Below, piece by piece: positions 57,683-64,000 of a DNA stretch of 64,000 bases (its first letter is position 1; every line of letters begins with the position of its first letter). Location of the stretch: NCBI GenBank assembly GCA_963750305.1, contig CAVVPX010000002.1, positions 616,845-680,844 of the forward strand. The letters run 5' to 3'. The notes below the pieces were generated by a model that had not been told where the DNA came from, did not search any database, and was given only the letters and a program-made list of their open reading frames with translations. The stretch is from an uncultured Actinomycetota bacterium (GTDB lineage: Bacteria; Actinomycetota; Actinomycetes; Actinomycetales; Dermatophilaceae). The position numbers and the translations under genes were made by a program.

Positions 57683-58528
57683 ATGACGACCGAGAACTCC
57701 CAGGACCACGGCCTGCGCTACCTCGTGAACTGCTCCATCCTGTTCTCCGAGCGGCCCCTGCTCGAGCGTCCGGCCGCCGCTCGCGACGCCGGCTTCGACG
57801 CCGTCGAGTTCTGGTGGCCCTGGCCGGACCAGCCGGTACCCGCCGATCGTGACGTCGACGCCTTCGTCACCGCGGTGCAGGACGCCGGTGTGCAGCTGGT
57901 CGGCCTCAACTTCTTCGCCGGCGACCTGGCCGGCCCCGACTGCGGGGTGCTGTCGATCCCCGCCCGGGCCCAGCAGTTCCGCGACAACGTCGAGGTCACC
58001 GTGGGCATCGGTCAGCGGCTGGGTGCCTCGGCCTTCAACGCGCTGTACGGCAACCGGGTCGAAGGCGTCTCACCGCAGGAGCAGGACGAGCTGGGCCAGG
58101 AGAGCCTGAGCCTGGCCGCGAAGGCCGCGGACCAGGTCGGAGCAACGGTGCTGGTCGAGTCGGTCAGCGGTCCGAAGCCCTATCCGCTGCGCACCGCGGC
58201 TGACGGCGTCGCGGTCGTGGAGGCCGCGCGCGCCGCCGGGTCCGCCAACGTCGCCTACCTCATGGATCTCTACCACCTCGCCGCGAACGGCGACGACGTG
58301 GCCGCGGCCATCGCCGCCCACACGGGCGTCACCGCCCACGTCCAGATCGCCGATGCCCCCGGTCGCGGCGAGCCCGGCACGGGCGACCTCGACCTCCAGG
58401 GCCACCTGGGCGCGCTGGCTTCGGCCGGGTACGCCGGATGGGTCGGGCTGGAGTACAAACCCACCACCGCGACCACTCCCGAGAGCTTCGCCTGGCTGCC
58501 GCGCGAGCGCCGCGGCGCCCGGGCCTGA
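57683..58528 (+). CDS. hyi: Hydroxypyruvate isomerase family TIM-barrel protein
   Basis: NCSILFSERPLLERPAAARDAGFDAVEFWWPW. SD AAGGAAGGG. Confidence 0.8.
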   Translation: MTTENSQDHGLRYLVNCSILFSERPLLERPAAARDAGFDAVEFWWPWPDQPVPADRDVDAFVTAVQDAGVQLVGLNFFAGDLAGPDCGVLSIPARAQQFRDNVEVTVGIGQRLGASAFNALYGNRVEGVSPQEQDELGQESLSLAAKAADQVGATVLVESVSGPKPYPLRTAADGVAVVEAARAAGSANVAYLMDLYHLAANGDDVAAAIAAHTGVTAHVQIADAPGRGEPGTGDLDLQGHLGALASAGYAGWVGLEYKPTTATTPESFAWLPRERRGARA

Positions 58529-58564
58529 CCCACCGACCGACGGCACCAACCCCCACCGCCGAAC

Positions 58565-58608
58565 TTGGGTGCGTGAACGCTCGCGATTCCGAGCATCTGG
58601 ACACCCAA
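58565..58608. repeat. 44-bp palindromic intergenic element, copy 1
   Basis: TTGGGTGCGTGAACGCTCGCGATTCCGAGCATCTGGACACCCAA. 39 of 44 identical to copy 2. Confidence 0.8.
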
Positions 58609-58650
58609 AGCTGCCGGTAACCACCGCCATCCCCCACGCAGGAGCACATC

Positions 58651-59532
58651 ATGACCAGCATCGCCTTCATCGGACTCGGCATCATGGGCAGCCCGATGGC
58701 CATCCACCTCGCCGAGGCCGGGTTCGACGTGGTCGGCTACAACCCGAGCCCGGAGCGCACCAAGGCCCTGGTCGCTGCCGGTGGCCGCGCCGCCGCGACC
58801 ACCGCCGAGGCAGTGAAGGACGTCGACGTCGTCGCCGTGATGGTGCCGGACTCCCCGGACGTCCAGGACGTCCTCGCCGGTGAGGGCGGCGTCTTCGCCA
58901 GCGCCCGCCCCGGCACCCTGGTGATCGACTTCTCCAGCATCCGCCCGGACATCACCGTCGCCCTCGCGGCCCAGGCGCGCGAGCGCGGCTTCCGGCTGCT
59001 CGACGCCCCGGTCTCCGGTGGTGAGGCCGGCGCGAAGAACGCGGCCCTGTCGATCATGGTCGGCGGCGAGCCCACCGACTACGCCCAGGCCCTGCCGGTG
59101 TTCGAGGCCGTGGGCAGGACCATCGTCCACGTCGGCGCCAGCGGTGCCGGGCAGACCGTGAAGGCCGCCAACCAGCTGATCGTCGCCGCCAACATCCAGG
59201 CGCTCGCCGAGGCCGTGGTGTTCCTCGAGGCCTACGACGTCGACCTCGGTCCCGCCCTCGACGTGCTCGGCGGCGGACTGGCGGGCTCCAAGGTCCTGGA
59301 GCAGAAGCGGGGCAACATGGCCGGCCACACCTTCGAGCCCGGGTTCCGGATCGACCTGCACCACAAGGACATGGGCATCGTCACCGCGGCCGCCCGCGAA
59401 GCCGGGGTCGTCATACCCCTGGGTGGGCTGGTCGCCCAGCTGATGGCCTCCGCCCGCGCCAACGGCGACGGGGGGCTCGACCACTCGGGCCTGCTGCGCG
59501 GCGTCGAGCGGCTCTCCGGCCGCCTCACCTGA
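58651..59532 (+). CDS. glxR: 2-hydroxy-3-oxopropionate (tartronate semialdehyde) reductase
   Basis: IAFIGLGIMGSPMA Rossmann fold, 6-PGDH-like C-terminal domain. Confidence 0.88.
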   Translation: MTSIAFIGLGIMGSPMAIHLAEAGFDVVGYNPSPERTKALVAAGGRAAATTAEAVKDVDVVAVMVPDSPDVQDVLAGEGGVFASARPGTLVIDFSSIRPDITVALAAQARERGFRLLDAPVSGGEAGAKNAALSIMVGGEPTDYAQALPVFEAVGRTIVHVGASGAGQTVKAANQLIVAANIQALAEAVVFLEAYDVDLGPALDVLGGGLAGSKVLEQKRGNMAGHTFEPGFRIDLHHKDMGIVTAAAREAGVVIPLGGLVAQLMASARANGDGGLDHSGLLRGVERLSGRLT

Positions 59533-59595
59533 GCCCCGACCACCCCTACCCCCGCTGACCTTCCCCAGCCCCCGCCCCGCCCCGCCCCCACGGGT

Positions 59596-59639
59596 TTGGG
59601 TGCCTGAACGCTCGGAATTCCGAGCGTCTGGGCACCCAA
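59596..59639. repeat. 44-bp palindromic intergenic element, copy 2
   Basis: TTGGGTGCC tgaa CGCTCGGAA|TTCCGAGCG tctg GGCACCCAA. Two 9-bp perfect arm pairs around a 4x4 internal mismatch. Confidence 0.8.
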
Positions 59640-59684
59640 TCCCGCCTGAAACCTTCGCCACCTCGAGCAAACAGGAGCACGACC

Positions 59685-61463
59685 ATGGCACGTATGACGG
59701 CCGCCCAGGCTGCAGTGGAGATCCTCAAGAAGGAGGGGGTGACGCACCTGTTCGGCCTGCCGGGCGCGGCGATCAACCCGTTCTACAAGGCGATGCAGAC
59801 GGGCGGCGGGCTGCACCACACGCTCGCCCGGCACGTCGAGGGCGCCTCGCACATGGCCGAGGGCTACACCCGCACCAAGGCGGGCAACATCGGTGTCTGC
59901 ATCGGGACGAGCGGACCTGCGGGCACGGACATGATCACCGGCCTGTACTCGGCGAGCGCGGACTCGATCCCGATCCTGTGCATCACCGGCCAGGCGCCGG
60001 TCGCCAAGCTGCACAAGGAGGACTTCCAGGCGGTTGACATCGCCTCCATCGCCAAGCCGCTGACCAAGATGGCGGTGACCGTGCTGGAGGCCGCGCAGGT
60101 GCCCGGCACCTTCGCGCAGGCGTTCCACCTGATGCGGTCCGGCCGTCCGGGTCCGGTCCTGATCGACCTGCCGATCGACGTCCAGATGACCGAGATCGAG
60201 TTCGACATCGACACCTATGAACCCCTACCCGTGTATCGGTCGCTCGCCACCCGCGCCCAGGTCGACAAGGCGCTGGACCTGTTGTGCCGCAGCGAGCGTC
60301 CGCTCATCGTGTCCGGCGGTGGCGTGATCAACGCCGACGCGGCGGACCTGCTGGTCGAGCTCGCCGAGCTGACCGGGACGCCCGTCGTGCCCACCCTGAT
60401 GGGTTGGGGCACGATCCCCGACGACCACGACCTCAACGCCGGCATGGTCGGCCTGCAGACCAGCCACCGTTATGGCAACGCGACGATGCTCGAGTCCGAC
60501 TTCGTCCTCGGCATCGGCAACCGCTGGGCCAACCGCCACACCGGCGACCTGGAGACCTACACCCGCGGTCGCACCTTCGTCCACGTCGACATCGAGCCGA
60601 CCCAGGTCGGTCGCGTGTTCGCCCCCGACTACAGCATCGTCTCCGACGCCAAGGTGGCCCTGGAGCTGTTCGTCGAGGCCGCTCGCGAGCGCAAGGCGGC
60701 CGGCACCCTGCCCGACCGCAGCACCTGGTCAGCCTCCTGCCAGGAGCGCAAGCGCACGCTGTGGCGCAAGACCAACTTCGACGCGATCCCGATCAAGCCG
60801 CAGCGCGCCTACCAGGAGATGAACAAGGCGTTCGGCAAGGACGTCCGCTATGTCTCGACCATCGGGCTCTCGCAGATCCAGGCAGCCCAGCTGCTCCACG
60901 TGTACCAGCCCCGGCACTGGATCAACGCCGGTCAGGCCGGACCCCTGGGCTGGACCGTGCCTGCGGCTCTCGGTGTCGCCACGGCCGACCCGGACTGCAC
61001 GGTCGTCGCGCTGTCCGGTGACTACGACTTCCAGTTCATGATGGAGGAGCTGGCGGTCGGGGCGCAGTTCAACATCCCCTACATCCACGTCCTGGTGAAC
61101 AATGCCTACCTCGGTCTGATCCGTCAGTCCCAGCGCGGCTTCGACATGGACTTCCACGTGCAGCTGTCCTTCGAGAACATCAACTCTCCCGAGGTCAACG
61201 GGTACGGCGTGGACCACGTCAAGGTCGCAGAAGGCCTGGGCTGCAAGGCGATCCGTGTCACCGACCCCGACGAGATCCTGCCCGCGCTGGAGCAGGCGAA
61301 GAAGCTGATCGTCGAGCACCGGGTGCCGGTCATCGTCGAGATCATCCTCGAGCGCGTCACCAACGTCTCGATGGGACAGTCGATCGAGAGCGTGACCGAG
61401 TTCGAGGAGCTCGCCGACTCCGGGCTGGATGCCCCCACCGCGTTGTACGCCAACCTCGACTAG
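59685..61463 (+). CDS. gcl: Glyoxylate carboligase (tartronate-semialdehyde synthase)
   Basis: [34 protein letters not shown], ThDP motif [17 protein letters not shown]...NNAYLG. Confidence 0.92.
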   Translation: MARMTAAQAAVEILKKEGVTHLFGLPGAAINPFYKAMQTGGGLHHTLARHVEGASHMAEGYTRTKAGNIGVCIGTSGPAGTDMITGLYSASADSIPILCITGQAPVAKLHKEDFQAVDIASIAKPLTKMAVTVLEAAQVPGTFAQAFHLMRSGRPGPVLIDLPIDVQMTEIEFDIDTYEPLPVYRSLATRAQVDKALDLLCRSERPLIVSGGGVINADAADLLVELAELTGTPVVPTLMGWGTIPDDHDLNAGMVGLQTSHRYGNATMLESDFVLGIGNRWANRHTGDLETYTRGRTFVHVDIEPTQVGRVFAPDYSIVSDAKVALELFVEAARERKAAGTLPDRSTWSASCQERKRTLWRKTNFDAIPIKPQRAYQEMNKAFGKDVRYVSTIGLSQIQAAQLLHVYQPRHWINAGQAGPLGWTVPAALGVATADPDCTVVALSGDYDFQFMMEELAVGAQFNIPYIHVLVNNAYLGLIRQSQRGFDMDFHVQLSFENINSPEVNGYGVDHVKVAEGLGCKAIRVTDPDEILPALEQAKKLIVEHRVPVIVEIILERVTNVSMGQSIESVTEFEELADSGLDAPTALYANLD

Positions 61464-61474
61464 AGACGTATGTC

Positions 61475-62602
61475 ATGACCCGTGTCGTGTTCGCCCCGGA
61501 CAAGTTCAAGGGGACGTTGACCGCCGCTGAAGTGGCGGCGCACGCCTCCACCGGCCTCCTGCGCGTCCGCCCGGACGCGGAGGTGGTCGTGGTGGCCGTC
61601 GCTGACGGCGGGGACGGGACGCTCGCCGCTGCGGAGGCGGCCGGGTTCGCGCGGGTGACCCTCACCGCCGCGGGGCCGACGGGTGAGCCGTGCCCGACGG
61701 CCTACGGTCGGCGAGGTGAGGAGGCGGTCGTCGAGCTCGCCGAGATCTCCGGTCTGGGGCAGCTGCCCGGCGGCACCCTGGCGCCACTCACGGCCACCAG
61801 CCGGGGCACCGGCGAGCTGATCGCAGCCGCAGTGGCTGCGGGCTGCCGCCGGATCGTGGTGGGGATCGGCGGCAGCGCCTGCACCGACGGGGGTGCCGGC
61901 CTCGTCGTCGGCCTCGGCGGTCGGGTGCTGGACGCCGCGGGCGAGCCGGTGGCCGACGGCGGCGCTGCGCTCGCCTCGGCGAGCACCCTCGACCTGACCG
62001 GGCTCCCGGCTGCGCTCGCCGCGGTCGAGCTGGTCATCGCCAGCGATGTCGACAACCCGCTCACCGGGTTGCGCGGGGCGGCCGCGGTGTACGGCCCGCA
62101 GAAGGGCGCGTCCGGTGAGCAGGTCGCGGTGCTCGACGCCGCGCTCGCGCACTGGGCGGACCTGGTCGACCGGGCCACCGGCACCGACCTGCGCGACCAG
62201 CCGGGTGCTGGGGCCGCCGGCGGGGTCGGGTATGCCTTGGCCGCCTTGGGCGCCCACGCGCGCCCGGGCGCCGAGGTCGTCTTCGAGCTGACCGGGCTGC
62301 ACGACGCCCTGGTCGGCGCCGACCTGGTCGTCACGGGGGAAGGATCCCTGGACGCCCAGACGCTGAACGGCAAGGCGCCGGCGGCGGTCGCCGCCGCCGC
62401 GCGGGTGGCGGGCGTGCCGGTGGTGGCGCTGGCCGGTCAGGTCGCGCTGTCGACCGCCGAGCTGGAACGCGCGGGGTTCAGCGCGGCCTACGCCCTGGTC
62501 GACGTGGCCAGCACCCCCGACGAGAGCTTCACCAGCCCGGGTCCGCTGCTGGAACGCCTCGGTGAGCGGATCGCCCACGAACACCTCGAGGAGCAGTCAT
62601 GA
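61475..62602 (+). CDS. glxK: Glycerate kinase
   Basis: VVFAPDKFKGTLTA, ADGGDGT, VVTGEGSLDAQTLNGKAP. Confidence 0.9.
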   Translation: MTRVVFAPDKFKGTLTAAEVAAHASTGLLRVRPDAEVVVVAVADGGDGTLAAAEAAGFARVTLTAAGPTGEPCPTAYGRRGEEAVVELAEISGLGQLPGGTLAPLTATSRGTGELIAAAVAAGCRRIVVGIGGSACTDGGAGLVVGLGGRVLDAAGEPVADGGAALASASTLDLTGLPAALAAVELVIASDVDNPLTGLRGAAAVYGPQKGASGEQVAVLDAALAHWADLVDRATGTDLRDQPGAGAAGGVGYALAALGAHARPGAEVVFELTGLHDALVGADLVVTGEGSLDAQTLNGKAPAAVAAAARVAGVPVVALAGQVALSTAELERAGFSAAYALVDVASTPDESFTSPGPLLERLGERIAHEHLEEQS

Positions 62603-63468
62603 GGTTCGCCCGGCTGGGTCCGATCGGGTCGGAGCGACCCGTGGTCGAGGGTCCGGACGGCACGCTGCTCGACCTCACACCGCTGACGTCCGACCTGGAC
62701 GGCGACTTCCTCCGAGGGGGTATCGGTCGAGTCGCCTCCGACCTGCACCTGCTCGAACCCGTTGCCGCCCAGGGACGTTGGGGGTCGCCACTGACCAGGC
62801 CGGGCAAGGTCGTGGGGATCGGGCTCAACTACACCTGCCACGCAGCCGAGGCGGGCGTCACACCTCCGGACGAACCTGTGGTGTTCCTCAAGGCCACCAC
62901 CTCGGTGTGCGGGCCGCACGACGAGATCCGGATCCGGTCCGGTGCGACGCGGACCGACTACGAGGTCGAGCTCGGGGTGGTGATCGGCCGTGAGCTGCGT
63001 GGCCAGGTGAGCCCTGAAGCGGCGCTGACGGCCGTCGCGGGATATGTGCTGGCACATGACGTGTCCGACCGTGAGCTCCAGCTCGAGCGGGGCGGCACCT
63101 GGACCAAGGGCAAGTCCGCCGACACCTTCTGCCCGCTGGGGCCGTGGCTGGTGACCCCGGACGAGCTCGACCCGGCGCACCACGCACTCTCGTTGTCGGT
63201 CAACGGTCGCCCGGCGCAGCAGGGTGACACCAGCGGGATGATCTTCGGCGTCGCGCACATACTCGGATACCTCAGCACGCTGATGACCCTGGAGCCGGGC
63301 GACGTGGTGATCACGGGAACTCCCGCGGGGGTCGCGATCTCCCAGCCCGAGCCCCGCCCCTACCTCCGGCACGGTGACGTGGTGGAGCTCGACGGTGGTG
63401 TGCTCGGTCGCCAACGCAGCCGCGTGGTCGACCCCTCTGTCGTGCGGGAGCGGTCGGGGGCACGATGA
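62599..63468 (+). CDS. Fumarylacetoacetate hydrolase (FAH) family protein
   Basis: ATGA overlap. KVVGIGLNY, DYEVELGVVIG, GDVVITGTPAGV. Confidence 0.85.
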   Translation: MRFARLGPIGSERPVVEGPDGTLLDLTPLTSDLDGDFLRGGIGRVASDLHLLEPVAAQGRWGSPLTRPGKVVGIGLNYTCHAAEAGVTPPDEPVVFLKATTSVCGPHDEIRIRSGATRTDYEVELGVVIGRELRGQVSPEAALTAVAGYVLAHDVSDRELQLERGGTWTKGKSADTFCPLGPWLVTPDELDPAHHALSLSVNGRPAQQGDTSGMIFGVAHILGYLSTLMTLEPGDVVITGTPAGVAISQPEPRPYLRHGDVVELDGGVLGRQRSRVVDPSVVRERSGAR

Positions 63469-63518
63469 TCAGAGCGCAGCGAACCCGGCCGGCACGACCT
63501 GACCAGAAGGAGATCTCC

Positions 63519-64000
63519 GTGGACAGCGAGGTCCTGATCCGCGCACAACGAGCCGTGGTCGCCGGTCGTGAGACCAGCGCGGGGGTCCGGGTGCGTGACG
63601 GGCGGGTGGTCGCCATCGAGGATCTCGATGCCACGGCCGGTGATGCGCGCGTGGTGGAGCTCGCGGCCGACGAGGTGCTGCTTCCCGGTCTCGTCGACTC
63701 CCACGTGCACGTCAACGAGCCGGGCCGCACCGAGTGGGAGGGGTTCGCCAGCGCCACCCGGGCCGCGGCGAGTGGCGGGGTGACCACGATCATCGACATG
63801 CCCCTCAACAGCATTCCGCCGACGACCTCGGTGGGGGCCCTGGAGGAGAAGCGCGCGGTCGCGCGCGACCAGGCCTACGTCGACGTGGGGTTCTGGGGGG
63901 GTGCGGTGCCCGGCAACGTGCCCGACCTGCGCGAGCTCCATGACGCCGGGGTGTTCGGGTTCAAGTGCTTCCTGCTGCCCTCGGGCGTGGACGAGTTCCC
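63519..64000 (+). CDS. allB: Allantoinase (5' partial, continues beyond the window)
   Basis: LPGLVDSHVHVNEPGRTEWEGF...GGVTTIIDMPLNSIPPT. GTG 63519 has an AAGGAG SD; alternative ATG 63465 overlaps the FAH stop. Confidence 0.85.
   Translation, partial: MDSEVLIRAQRAVVAGRETSAGVRVRDGRVVAIEDLDATAGDARVVELAADEVLLPGLVDSHVHVNEPGRTEWEGFASATRAAASGGVTTIIDMPLNSIPPTTSVGALEEKRAVARDQAYVDVGFWGGAVPGNVPDLRELHDAGVFGFKCFLLPSGVDEF

Overview
High-GC actinobacterial chromosomal segment of about 60 densely packed genes. No CRISPR array, rRNA or obvious prophage is present. Taxon is not verifiable from here; gene order resembles Nocardioidaceae-like Actinomycetota.

Layout, left to right:
- A housekeeping block: tRNA-Ser, SRP RNA, dnaX, then about 5 kb of accessory genes starting with an HNH/DUF222 gene, then recR, DUF5063, an ABC-2 exporter, ask-asd, and an ogt / ECF sigma / ogt trio.
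- A frameshifted PPi-phosphofructokinase gene.
- A DUF4331 operon, and a chromate transporter followed by a ferric-reductase / FMN-binding / ApbE flavinylation operon.
- tRNA-Pro, then a long block that, from memory, is syntenic with M. tuberculosis Rv3683 to Rv3669: ponA2, whiB4, the ArsA-like ATPase pair, RidA, MBL hydrolase, crp, nth, NUDIX, marP, ephE-like hydrolase and a holin-like gene.
- From 48.2 kb to the window end, a purine/urate to glyoxylate to glycerate catabolic supercluster.

Most interesting observations:
1. A Tat-signal mini-protein, a signal-less DUF4331 protein and a His-rich protein form one module, a candidate metal-handling or Tat hitch-hiking system.
2. An ECF sigma factor is translationally coupled to an O6-alkylguanine methyltransferase paralog.
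3. The asd gene at the canonical ask-asd position lacks the catalytic cysteine.
4. An NCS2 permease is fused in frame to an OHCU decarboxylase domain, next to a second stand-alone uraD.
5. A conserved 38-nt AT-rich TTCCG..CGGAA element sits in front of three operons of the purine cluster, and two 44-bp palindromic elements lie in its internal intergenic gaps.
6. Several short tandem repeats (periods 8, 9, 11, 15 and 24 bp) lie in promoters and coding linkers.

Many long ORFs in the supplied track are antisense or out-of-frame artefacts of the GC bias and were rejected.
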